A stretch of 56,846 bases of DNA, counting the filler, from Basidiobolus ranarum (lineage: Eukaryota), in assembly GCA_040143965.1 (NCBI GenBank). It is 4 parts of 4 records of this genome, joined end to end, with 100 filler letters (N's around TTAATTAATTAA, not from the genome) between each part and the next. Parts side by side here need not be neighbours in the genome. Positions count along the whole stretch, not along the records: positions 28,503 to 42,630 come from JASJQH010007316.1; positions 42,731 to 56,846 come from JASJQH010007317.1; 2 more parts are not named here. The stretch is one strand, 5' to 3'. Below the pieces are notes generated by a model. That model worked only from the letters and a program-made list of their open reading frames with translations, ran no database searches and was not told the DNA's origin. This document shows, one piece after another, positions 31,497-43,094 of this stretch. Every line of letters begins with the position of its first letter. Position 1 is the first letter of the stretch. Made by a program: the position numbers and the translations under genes.

Positions 31497-31898
31497 CTAT
31501 ATACTAGCTATGGCTGGAGTTAAACTGATATGCAAGGTTGGAATCCTCATATTAGAGCCATCATTTACTAGGAAGCCAAACATTAGTACTTCCTCGAAGT
31601 TCGGAGTAGCCCGAATGGTATCTTTTATCAAGTCTAGACTGTGACTTGACTGATTATGACATATGGAGCTCGTCTCTCGACTGGGCTCCAACTTAGATAA
31701 ATTCGTACCAGACGAGTGCATGGTGGATGGGACAATGTATGTCATCTCAGGATGTTTGAGAATCGTAGTCTCCAGGGCTTTAGTGCTTCCTTCCGATAAG
31801 GAAAATACACATGACTCATTGGTGTCTACTAACTTTACAAACCCACTTTTCTTGTGAGTAGTTGATTTTTTACTTTTGGGAAAGAGACACTTAAACAT
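31497..31898 (-). CDS. Hypothetical 133-aa protein, paralog 2 (MFKCLFPKSK...ISLTPAIASI)
   Basis: Same length and conserved termini as 30184-30585; TATTTAAA upstream at ~31991-31998. Confidence 0.8.
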   Translation of the reverse strand: MFKCLFPKSKKSTTHKKSGFVKLVDTNESCVFSLSEGSTKALETTILKHPEMTYIVPSTMHSSGTNLSKLEPSRETSSICHNQSSHSLDLIKDTIRATPNFEEVLMFGFLVNDGSNMRIPTLHISLTPAIASI

Positions 31899-32149
31899 GG
31901 GCGCTGGTTTGTAAGTGTTCGGATAAATGATAAAATAGTTGCAGATGCTGGTTTAGCAGAATGATGAATCAAGTGTGGGGGATAGCATGTTTAAATACTT
32001 GGAGTGAGACAATGAGTCTGAGTTTGCAAACAACTACGATGCAAAGGACAGAATTGATGACAACGTAAGTCAAGATGGTTGAGGGGCATGCATACGAAAT
32101 GTCAGATAGCCAGTGATGGCAAGGCATCTAACGACTTTCAGGTTCATGC

Positions 32150-34090
32150 CAGGATATTTGAAACCATGCTAGTAATCTCCACTTGGACTACTCATCATAG
32201 CGATCTAATTTTCAACTTAATACTTCCTTGAAAGTTGGCTACACCAGTATCATATTTGGATACATATATCTGATCAGCTGAAGGCAACCAGTACAAAGGA
32301 TAGAGTGGGCCATTGAAGGGTTGAGAAGGCAAGACATCTGGAATTGAATCCAACTTTGTATTGTCTGGTGTCATTGGGTCTAATTGTTCACGCATTCTGA
32401 AAAATGGGAGATCCTGGCTTAAGCTCGATCATGATCCACAACGAATCCGGCTATGCTTGAAATCTACTTTTGTAAAAACACTTCAGAAAAGGCATATTAT
32501 CCATAACAAGAAGTGTTTGACTTAAAACCGATGTGCACTCGTTATCATTGGTCTTGAATTTACAGTCAACACTCAAGAACGGTCGAGTGTTTATTAAACT
32601 GGTTCTATATGACCTCACTTGCTACTGGACTCTAACTGACTTATCAAGAGGCAAGTCTTGTTCTACATGTAATGATGGAATAAAACACAATACATGCCCG
32701 TCGTCACCTAAGAGTGGAAATTCACAGTTCCACACCTTAAACGCTCAGTTCACACGCCGTTGACACTCTTTAGATAAGAAGCGGGGTTCAAAAGTTACTT
32801 GGAACCTTCCTTGTGCAATGGTTTGTAGTTTCTTTTGAGACCTGCATAAATGTATGCATCCACCGAATACAGCTCTGTACTGTCATGGTTTCAAAGTGAA
32901 AACTCTATGCACTCTGGCTGTCTTTGAGGGGGATCAGAGCACCTACACACAATCAATCTTATGAAGAAATCGTAATATTCAACATTTCTACTATAAACAC
33001 CTGTCATCAAGTGTAGTTGCCTTCGGAAGCTCGGATCACCAATTGGGTAGTGGAACCAGTTGTCCCTTAGACATTTATGAGAAATGGTCAGATTATTGGT
33101 ATCGAATGCCCCCAAATATCAAGAGTATATGCAGGTCACGTAGGTCAGATAAAGCCACTATCACAAAACAATAGGCAAATCTGCAGATGTCTTATCAATT
33201 CAATCTTGAATAAAGACCGCGATGTGAAGATCCTCTGGATGTACACCAAAAGATCTGTACATTTGAGAGCAGAATCCACAACCCTACTACAAGTGAAGTT
33301 TAATGTTCAAATCAAACACCATAATGTGGTAAAATCAACCGCTCAAATCGCCCTTTCGCAGTTATCTTCTCAAACAAGATTGCATAGCCAAGGAAGCTCC
33401 CATTCTTCTCCAGTCTAGTCTAGCACGAAGCACTGCACGATGCCCCAGATAAAGCTGATCTTTAGACAAGCAAGTGCTCAGCTCCAATGCACATGTGTAA
33501 ACTTCATTGGCAGTGTCCAAATCAGTTTCAGGAGATTCAAATTCAGACCAGGTTAATTAGAGCTCAATCGAAGGCATCGATCTAAATAGAGAACGGACCA
33601 TCTCAGGAATATAACTGTGTACGAGAGATATTGTATGCTATAAATAAGTTCCTCTTAGTCATACCAGAGCCACTGGTCACCATACCCAATGGAAAGTGGC
33701 TTTATCGCAGCATCGAGTGTGAATCATCTACTCGTTGAATTCTAGGAAATCTAGAACTTTCTCAACCAATGACTCAGGCATGGTAAGCATCACCAAAAAC
33801 TTACATAAAAGTGTGAGAATGCCATATGAATCATATGTGGGCTGCGGATTCGATCTCAAGAAATTCACAAAGTTGTCTTTAATGGTCGAAATTGTGCCAA
33901 ACATGCACATCCGCATGAGCCAAACCCATTCTTATTGACACTAGGATTAAGATCCATGAAAGAAATCGGACAGAATGGAGCTACCTCATCCTCGTGAATG
34001 CTTTGCTCCTTAATAATCCACTTTTGAATTTTCGGCTTCGGCTCTGAATTATAGAATTCAATCAAATTTATCGAACCGTCAAGCAATCAG
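32150..34090 (-). pseudogene. Decayed, unidentified protein-coding relic
   Basis: Chain of 60-90-aa protein-like segments on the minus strand separated by stops and frameshifts; no evident introns; GC appears higher than flanks. Identity not recognised. Confidence 0.4.
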
Positions 34091-34505
34091 GTTTAGAACA
34101 GCCGCCGAATTGGTCCGTATTGCATATTAGCCTGACACCAGCCAGATTCTACTCTTCGTGTCACAGAAAGTTGAACTTATTGCCTATTCTATATCATCTA
34201 ATATCATTGGCACAAATGGCTCTTCAGTACTTAATAAGTAGAACTGGCAAATCGGATTTGCTACAGTCATAATGAAATATATTTGCTTGATTTCAATAAA
34301 TCTCGACTTTTATGGTGTGATGAAAACTGACCTCATATGAGCTCTTTAAAGACTTTCTCCGAGGAATACAATACCAATGTTTGCAATAGTTTTTGCTTAC
34401 ATAATGCTCAAGCCCTGAAAACACTTTAACATGGGTACGCAATTGTCATAATTTCGATAATTGATAAATTTTGAAAGTCTTCTGTAAGCAAAAGTCATTC
34501 TCAAC

Positions 34506-35201
34506 ATGTCTTCAGAAAACTCTCATTTTCGTGCCAAAGCTTTTTTATTTGATCTAGATGGTACTTTAGTCAACACCATTGCTGCAGTGGAGAAGCACTA
34601 CATCATTTGGGCTAATAAGCACGGAATTGATCCCCAGCCTGTTATTGAATATTGCCATGGAGTAAGATCCATTGAAGTAATGAACAAATTTGCCCCACCT
34701 GGTAAAGTATTCTCTAATGAAGAAACCAACGCTTGGGAAGATGTCCTAAGAGAAGATTCGGAGGGTGTTTTTGTCGTCCCAGGCATTGTAGAGCTCCTGA
34801 AAAAACTTCCAAAAGAATGTTGGGCTATTGTTACCTCTGGTACCAATTCAATGGCTGAAACCAGATTAAAACAAATGAACTTACCTATTCCCGAGGTATT
34901 CATTACTGCAGATTCAGTTACCCACGGCAAGCCTCATCCCGAAGGATACTTGGCTGCTGCTGCAAAATTAGGTTTCAAACCCGAGGAATGCATTATCTTC
35001 GAGGATGCTCCGGCTGGTATTGAGGCAGGAATCAATGGCGGTATACGTTCTATCGCGACCACTACTAGTTACAAACCAGCATTATTGCAGAGAGCAGTGG
35101 CAATTATAGATAACTATCATGACATCGAAATAGAAGAGGTCGTAGATTCGAGTAACCAACGAGAATTCCAAATCACTGTCATTAACAACAAAAAGAATTA
35201 G
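34506..35201 (+). CDS. HAD-superfamily sugar/glycerol-3-phosphate phosphatase (GPP/DOG/YfbT-like), intronless
   Basis: Motif I FDLDGTLV, HGVRS cap, motif II VTSG, GKPHPEGY, motif IV FEDAPAGI. Confidence 0.93.
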   Translation: MSSENSHFRAKAFLFDLDGTLVNTIAAVEKHYIIWANKHGIDPQPVIEYCHGVRSIEVMNKFAPPGKVFSNEETNAWEDVLREDSEGVFVVPGIVELLKKLPKECWAIVTSGTNSMAETRLKQMNLPIPEVFITADSVTHGKPHPEGYLAAAAKLGFKPEECIIFEDAPAGIEAGINGGIRSIATTTSYKPALLQRAVAIIDNYHDIEIEEVVDSSNQREFQITVINNKKN

Positions 35202-36921
35202 TCTGTGATCTTCAAATATCTATCTATAAATATTGATTTCTGAAGCTGGATCTAGCTATTTGCTATCTAGACATCTAATAAATTATCTGATACTCAAATC
35301 CCTTAGAAGTTTGAGCTTGTCACTTAATATATACCGTTTTTTCTTATACACATCACCAAATCTCCAACGGTTTTGCTCCTTGATCTATTGGAAGGGGCTT
35401 CATGGTGTTGCTACTGGTTCTACTCATTCCAGGCTGCATACGGCCCTTCGCTCAATGATCTCAGGACTTTTCATAGCAAGTGCCACGAATTCTGGTGAAT
35501 GTTGGGTAATTTCGATATCCCATTGGTAACAATTATATGCAAAAATGGTATATAATTTTATGGCGTATATTAATTGTGTACGCCAAGTGGTCACCCTATC
35601 TCATTTGCTGTGAGGTGGATACACTGTTAACATTATTAAGGGTGAGTAGACGATATAGTTGAGTTTGAAAATTCTCCACTGTAGCATCTTCAACCTGTCG
35701 AAAACCCACATTTACCGCCCAAATGAGGAGATTTAATTTTCAGATGTGGAATTATCAATGGCTAGGAATCTTACTATCCTGGTCAGTTTCATTTCAATCT
35801 CATTTCCAAGTGAGTGAATATGGTATTAGATAGTAATTACTAAAATCATTGTCGAGACCTAAAGAAAGGAACACTCGTACGAGAACGAATCAGGGGTAAG
35901 GCTGGTGAATACTGTCTACAGATCTTTGCTCAGAAGAGAAATCTGCACCAGTACATCAGCGTCGTCCCTACTACGCCGTGACAAGTTCTGGTTACTCACT
36001 CGATTTATCTGCAATACAACGCAAATATGTCATAATCATCATGTAGCATTGGTAACCCGATATCATCTGAAGGGCGGAAGATCATCATACTGTGATAATT
36101 CAGTGCTTCTATAGAGCTCCTATCTTCAGACAGCTGATGTCAGTCAATGTTGTATATCTCTTAACGGAAGTTTTAAATTAGAATGTGCCCACTACCTGCT
36201 TGCCTTATACCAAAACTGGTATTGTTGGAGACATGAGAAGAGAATGACCACATCTAGAGTTTACGGAGGTTTTGGTCGGTGATTTCAGTCATGAGTGTTC
36301 GGCACGCATCACCAATTTATTAAACGGTTGATTTTAAGGTCATATGGATCTGACGGTTTCAACCTGTTGGTTATTAGGCGCTGCTCACGAATATAAACCA
36401 AATCCATATACCATTTGACTTGGTATCGGATATATGGAATATAGGATCATCAAGTGCGATGCATCAACCACAAATCGAAGAGATCAGACTATCTAGATCC
36501 TGCAAACAGGTTGCGTATATTGTTAGATGATACAGAGAAAACTAGAGGTGTTCCAATGATCTGCACACCAGTCGCTAGTAAGCCCATTTATACATGTTCA
36601 ACATAAAAGCCATGGTGCTTAGTGTATCCAATAAAACTAATAAGGAATATATATTGCACTACCCCATTTTTATCTGTGCCAGTATTTATGTCTGAAAGGG
36701 GCGAGAGAATTGAAGTACAGTATCCATAACTTGCTTATATAGTATATTGCTTGAGACCCTCCATAAAGGTGTTTCATATTGTAGGGAGTAAGGCCACAAC
36801 AAGATGGCTTGATCACGGCTTATAAGCGTACAACAACCCTTGGTCAGCTTTATAAACTTCATCGATCATCTTTTGTACTGCCAACCTTCTTCAAGAAAAA
36901 CACATTTGACTAGTGTACCAA

Positions 36922-37613
36922 ATGGACATTCTAGATCTGATTAATCCAGTCCAAACAGCTGAAGAGCGGCTGTTCTCATGCACATGGACAGGATGCAAGA
37001 AAGCTTTCAAAAGGCGCACAGATCTATCAAGGCATCAGAGAATTCACACTAACGAGAGGTATGTCTTCGTAGATGTAAAATAACATGAACCTTCCATGCT
37101 AACCTAGGTTGTTCACAGGCCTTTTTCTTGTACAGAGATCGGATGCATCCAAAGTTTTACTCAGGTTAGAATTAACTTTGATGCAATATTGATTGAAATA
37201 TAGCAGAGCTGACGGACTTATCCCTCTACAGAAGTCGTCGTTGACCATTCACCTCAGAACGCACTCTGGCGAGCGACCATTTCATTGTGAATGGGAAGGA
37301 TGCAACAAGTCTTTTAGCGATAGTAGCTCGCTTAGTCGGCATCGTAAAATTCATGCAGGGGACTGGCCTTACCAATGTCAGTACCTCGGATGTAACAAGA
37401 GGTAAATTTCATCAGAGATTTTGTTTATGGAACAGTTTTCGAATCGAGTTGTAATTCATTTATTTGTCAAGTTTCCGCAAAAAATTCACGCTGCTGAAGC
37501 ATCTACGCAATGCTCATGAACCTCACAAATCTAAGCATTATGATGGAGAGATTGTTGATATACTTGATCACTTGAGCTGCCGTTTTATTCCTTTCTGCCC
37601 CGCTTCTTGTTAG
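36922..37613 (+). CDS. Small C2H2 zinc-finger protein with four fingers; exons 36922-37058, 37119-37164, 37232-37401, 37472-37613
   Basis: [12 protein letters not shown]...[18 protein letters not shown]...[18 protein letters not shown]...[13 protein letters not shown]...HLRNAH; GT-AG introns restore the frame. Confidence 0.92.
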
Positions 37614-38709
37614 GTTCTTTTTTAACTTTGTATCTATAGATTCAATATTCACACTTGTTATATATCACATTAGCATTTGCAATAAACACTGTTAGTTATT
37701 TATCCAGCCAAAGGCTCGCAAGATAATAGGATCCCTACACCTGATGTACTCCACTAGTTTGTGAACTACTAAGCAATCTTCACGTGGTTGAATAGACTAA
37801 TAAGCGACTACAGATTTGGGGAGGGGAGGGGGAGCGAAACAACTATGTGAAGAGATTTAGGCTAAGTTATCTGTATTCTAGCTGATATGAGGGAGAATCG
37901 CTATCTGAAGATTACTCATTGTTTATTTTCCACAAATCAGTCCACTTGCATGTACTAAATTCTCCAATTGGGTAAAAGATGGAGAGTCATGTAAGAGATT
38001 GTTTAAAATATGCTTGATCTCAGCCCAGAAGGTGTAATTCAAAGGAGAGCGAGTACAATAACAAATCAGAGACATAACTAAGAAGTCATTTGTAGATGGA
38101 ATTCACTGCACCATAAAACATCTGTTCCAAATTTCGCCACAGCGTTGTAGTTCTTGTAAAATAGGAGACAGGAGTGATAGTAGTGAATTGGGAAAAGTAG
38201 AAGGTCCAAGACCAGAATGTTAAAATAATTATTTTACTATTCTCACAAGGGTAAGTCTACTCGTTTATTGGCTTTGCTTTTTGTAAACTAACAATCGACG
38301 TACCATTACCTCAGATGACCCAATTTACTTTTTATCTGAATGTGTTTATGTAGCTAAATTTAATTGAAAATGCTTTGTAATATATTGAAAGTGCTCTCTA
38401 CCACTTGTGACACATAAGTATTAATTGGTCAGAACAGCATAATGGGTTGATGGTATAAGTGATATCCTTAAATGCTAATTTATTAGCAGAAAAACCCCTC
38501 TGCGCTTTGGGTTTTCCTCAAATACACTTCACTTAGATGCAATCTTTTTATTAAAAACATGATTCTGCATCAAGCATTGCATTAGCTTTACTAAATCCCT
38601 CAGAACGCACTAAGAATGAAACACAATTTATATACCAATATATATATTCAGCTCAATACTGATAGCATATTGGCATATAAGTTGTTAAAAGTGTTGAATT
38701 AACATGGCC

Positions 38710-39346
38710 TAAACACCTAAAGAATCATAAATAGCTTAGTATCTAGCTATTCCATATTTCACAAAGGTATCAGTTACAATTATCAAGAGGAATTTAATTT
38801 GAAGATTTTAAAACTTGTCCTATAGACCCCAAACGTTGCACACATGTTCCTGGGACCCTTCTCAACACATTCTACATATTTGCTTGCTTACTCTCTGATA
38901 AAACTATAAATGACAAGTTTCTACTCAATATATCAAATAGTGAAAATCACCAATTCTTCTAATTCTCCAAACTGATGAAATTAGCATTGCCTAATCATAT
39001 ATAGCTTGGAATTTAGTAATCTTATATATCACTAAGATATAACCCATTATTCTCATGAGGAATTTACTTTGAATATTTTTATCAACCTAGAAGTACCCAG
39101 ATATATAGATTTTTTCAAACTTGTGCTAGAAGCCCTAAACTTTGCACACATGTTCCTGAGACCTTCCTTAACATATTCTACATGTTTGTTTGCTTACCTC
39201 TTGACAAAACTATAAATGTCAACTTTCTACTCAATAAATCAACAAGTGAAAACCACCAATTTCTCAAATTCTCCAAACCACTTCCAACAGGCTCCCAAAT
39301 ACTTTAACACAAACCATTTCCAACGAACTCCCAAAATACTTCAACA
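38710..39346. repeat. Two tandem copies (diverged ~38710-38972; better conserved ~38973-39346) of the dispersed repeat, reverse orientation
   Basis: tgaaattagcattgcctaa...aaacttgtgctagaagccctaaactttgcacacatg...ccaaaccacttccaac is the reverse complement of 28503-28827. Confidence 0.85.
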
Positions 39347-39479
39347 TAAATGACACTTAACGTAGATTTATTCCATGCATGAAACTAGATTCCTTCCTTT
39401 TCTAGTGTTTGCGATCTAATTCAGTGGCACAACATTTCAAGTTCAACTTTGCTAATTCCTCAATAACTCACATACATTC

Positions 39480-40400
39480 TAACAATAAGTTTGGAGTTAA
39501 ATAATATTTGGCTAAAAATACGGACAATGTTAGCTGTGATATCCAAGATAGGGGTGTATACAGAGAGTAATAAAAAATACGATGAAGATAATAAACTACA
39601 ACAGTAGAGTCGGAGCCTCAAGCTAGTAATGGTGCTCAAAGTTACAGAAAACATGGAAAGCCACTGCAACAAAGTTGGCAACTACCGGAATATACAATAG
39701 AAGCATATAAAGCTAAAATAGAGAGTATTTCTCACTAGAGATATTCGTGAAAAATGCGTATTCGCAAATGGATGGATTATGATGGTAAACAATGTACTTA
39801 ATGGTCAGAGTTCGCTCCATCGACGTAAACCAAGTAACAACAAATTTACTGCTAAGAATACCGTAATTGCCCAAATGGTGAAATTTGAAAAAATACCTGA
39901 AAAAAGAGAATCCGTTGTTTTCACTAAGGATTGTTGGCAAATTGTGAGCCAGGCTCAAAAGTAGCTTCTCGTAATCGATCGTGCACCGATAGCATAGCCA
40001 ATAGAGGGAGGCTCAATGAGGAATCTCCATAGGATACACATTCCAGATGAAATCCAAAAATGGAAAACTTGCGATATGCTATTATAGCAGATATAAGTTA
40101 GCCTCTTTAGGCAATTCCTTCTGAGTACAATCCAAGCCATATGTAGTGGCTGAAAGTTTCTTCCTCCGGGTTACCCTCACGTAACCAGCCACGATTGCAT
40201 TTTTTCTAGCTTAAGGCACGGAATCTAACCACGCGCATTGTAGAAATTTTTGAATCCTGACGAAGGTGATTCGTAGAAGTACCAATCAATGCTTGAACAA
40301 CCTATTCTTTGCCGTGATTATAGATCTATTTCTATCATGATGGCCTACAAAGTTATGATTTCCAAATAAGATCTAGTATTCCTATGAAAATAATGCTCCG
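39480..40400 (+). mobile_element. Probable decayed CACTA/EnSpm-type (Tnp2-like) transposase relic
   Basis: Fragments in the expected order: KIRTMLAV/SCDIQDR (cf. IRAAL..VSCDIPAAR), TRDIREKCVFANG (cf. ..RK..V..NGVRWS), KIPEK..FTKDCWQI (cf. RIPxKI..FTADQW), NLHRIHIPDEI (cf. NLHL.LH.PxxI). Many stops. Confidence 0.45.
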
Positions 40401-40929
40401 AATAGGGAGGCGTAAGAAGTACCGAGTGCACCTTCAATTTTCTATACAGGTCTGATGACTAGTAGGTCAGATTTCTGGAGTACATCAGATCCACTGTTTG
40501 CATCTTTATCATTACCCACTTTCTTCACACGCTGACCTTCTTTCCTTTCCACGATATTCGTTCCATTTAACTGGTTTCTTAGATCACTGTCCCAGCAATA
40601 AGCCATAGATCTACTCAAACGTTCCACTGTTGGATGTATCGAGATTTCGCGAACTTCCACGACTAGCAGTTGAACTGTGGATAACTGCACTCCATTTTAA
40701 GCTTCCATATTAAGTATTAATCTTATTTCACGATCATTTATTATGTAATTACAAATATCCTTTGGTTGGTTGATGTCATGTATGCTAACTCCAAATTTCT
40801 CTTTTTAAACCTTTACGTTCGCTATGATTCATGTTTGTACACTATTTGTTACAGAACGCAATAACTCTTTTGTCAAGAAGAAAATGAAGATTTGTAGTAG
40901 GAAATACCCACACGATGAACTATGGTTAC

Positions 40930-42273
40930 TCATAAGCGAAGTTTAACTTTGCCCTGCGCTTGTAACAAATGCATATCAGGTTGGTAAGGATGATGAGCCC
41001 TCTGCATATCCAAGTTTCCCATCAGACTGTACTGACCGGTAAGCAACCGGTCGAACTTCAAAGCTACGATCTCATCCATCCAAGATTCATCAAACAACCT
41101 CTTGCAAGTAGCCAGGCATTCATAAGGAACGCTTGAGAATGGAACTCCAGTACGAGTTCTTTGGTCATACTCAATGGCCCCTATTTGAAGTATCATTAGA
41201 TCATACGAGTTAGCTATACCGAGGCCCTCTCTAGCAATAGCTTTTTTCACGTCATGTGAAGTAGGAAGTCTCATAGCATGATATCCGTTGTTTTCTTTAA
41301 ATAATAACGGCCCGTCCGAGAATAGCGTCAATTTTTTGCCAGTAATAGCCTTCTGAAGCATTGCGTGTACTTTGAGAGAATAGCTTGGGCTGAGAACGGG
41401 TGGACGAACGAGAACGTTGTTTCGGACAGTCTTTCGACTGTACAACAAATCCAATGTTCTATTATTTGGATAGGGTACTAGTAAGCATTTCTCTCTGAAA
41501 AGATTGTTTGCGGCAAAGAGGATTGATTTCCTAAGCCCCGATATTGCTTTTTCACTCAAATGTAGAGGCTTTTTCTTCAATTGGCTTAGAGTGACTTTAG
41601 ATAGATAATGAATGAACGTGTCCTTATCTGCGATCGACTTCAAATCATTCATCGGCTCTATCAATTCATTACTACTGACAGAGCCTTGCGGGAGTTTTTT
41701 CAAAATTTCGTAAACAAGGCTTCCTAGTTCGTAGCCTCTCCAAAATGTAGTCATATCTTTCAATCCAACATTGAAGTTAAGATGCCTTTCAACGCATAGG
41801 ACCTCGTAGCCATGTTTATGAAATAGCTCAGTGTCAACAAAAGTCATATAGTGACAATCGGCGATTATCGGTAAAGCAACAAAAAGGTTTGCGGCTAAGT
41901 ATGTAGCATCGAAGACTGACTCTTCGTCAAGCCCAAATGGTTTCAAGTCCTGAATTGGGTTCAGTCCAGCCATTTTCAGGTGGATGAGCGTATTACGGAA
42001 TTCCACGTTACACCTTTTGTCGCGAAGTTCTTCAACAATGTATGGTTGCTTTTCTGCTCCTTGTTGTAGCGAAAAATGCAAGGCTGGCTTTTTCTCGGGA
42101 ATGTTACCTCCAAGAGCATTCTCAAGGACTCTGTTCTCCGCCAAGTAGTCAGTGATAGCTATCTTCAGGTGATCTTCGTCTGGCCGAATAGAAATTGGAA
42201 TCTTCAACCAACTGGGGCAGAGGAAGTTGAAGGCAACCGTTTCTTCATCATTTAGCTTTAGTGAGTGTGCCAT
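40930..42273 (-). CDS. Hypothetical 447-aa intronless soluble protein, no recognised family
   Basis: 1344-nt uninterrupted ORF, TATATAAA ~45 bp upstream, good start context (taacATGG), globular composition, no signal peptide or TM segments. Confidence 0.85.
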   Translation of the reverse strand: MAHSLKLNDEETVAFNFLCPSWLKIPISIRPDEDHLKIAITDYLAENRVLENALGGNIPEKKPALHFSLQQGAEKQPYIVEELRDKRCNVEFRNTLIHLKMAGLNPIQDLKPFGLDEESVFDATYLAANLFVALPIIADCHYMTFVDTELFHKHGYEVLCVERHLNFNVGLKDMTTFWRGYELGSLVYEILKKLPQGSVSSNELIEPMNDLKSIADKDTFIHYLSKVTLSQLKKKPLHLSEKAISGLRKSILFAANNLFREKCLLVPYPNNRTLDLLYSRKTVRNNVLVRPPVLSPSYSLKVHAMLQKAITGKKLTLFSDGPLLFKENNGYHAMRLPTSHDVKKAIAREGLGIANSYDLMILQIGAIEYDQRTRTGVPFSSVPYECLATCKRLFDESWMDEIVALKFDRLLTGQYSLMGNLDMQRAHHPYQPDMHLLQAQGKVKLRL

Positions 42274-42630
42274 GTTACTGTATATTTAGTTACTTCGATC
42301 AAGTCACCACTTTTGTTTATATACGAGTTTGGTAATTCTAGCTTCAGGTCATACCACTCCCAGTAGTGGCGTAATGATGCACTAATATCCAGTAGAATTT
42401 CAATCTGAATGGGATTACATTATATCCGGATATTAGCAACGTTCTAACTCAAAAAATGAAGGCACCTGTTCTCGTGGTAAGATGCCATGCTGCTTGAAAT
42501 CATCATATATTAGTATCAAGGCTACGCGTTTAAGCATTTGACATTCCAAATCTTGACCCAATCATAATAGAGATTTTATGGCTAACAATATCAAAATTTT
42601 ATCCGTCATTAGTATTCTGCCTGAATCTCA

Positions 42631-42730
42631 NNNNNNNNNNNNNNNNNNNNNNNNNNNNNNNNNNNNNNNNNNNNTTAATTAATTAANNNNNNNNNNNNNN
42701 NNNNNNNNNNNNNNNNNNNNNNNNNNNNNN
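42631..42730. other. Artificial contig linker
   Basis: N44-TTAATTAATTAA-N44. Confidence 0.99.
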
Positions 42731-42734
42731 ATAG

Positions 42735-43094
42735 ATGTGTGATGTTGTTGGTAATATTGCTGGAGGAATTTTACGCGGACAAGGTCGCCCTTCCATAGGA
42801 GCATTTTTCAACCTTATGGGGTATTTTGTCATCGCCGGCGCTCTTGGCGGCGTTCGTGCTTTCCAATTCGATATGGGTCTCAAAGGGCTTTGGTTGGCCC
42901 TGTGTGTCGCCCTAATTGTCCTGACCCTTGGTCAATCCATAGTTGGAGTAGCCATGGCTGATTGGGAACAAATCGCCGAAGCCAGTCAAGAACAATTCCT
43001 CGAGAGCGAAAGTGAGAGTGAAAGTGATGGATCCACTGAGAGTAGTTCCATATTGTCTAGAGTTTCCCAAAACTCGAAATCCAATGGAATGTAA
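42735..43094 (+). CDS. 3' terminal exon of a MATE-family efflux transporter (partial)
   Basis: GGILRGQGRPSIGAFFNLMGYFVI...MGLKGLWLAL...DW is the typical MATE C-terminal motif; upstream exons lost at the contig end. Confidence 0.88.
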   Translation: MCDVVGNIAGGILRGQGRPSIGAFFNLMGYFVIAGALGGVRAFQFDMGLKGLWLALCVALIVLTLGQSIVGVAMADWEQIAEASQEQFLESESESESDGSTESSSILSRVSQNSKSNGM

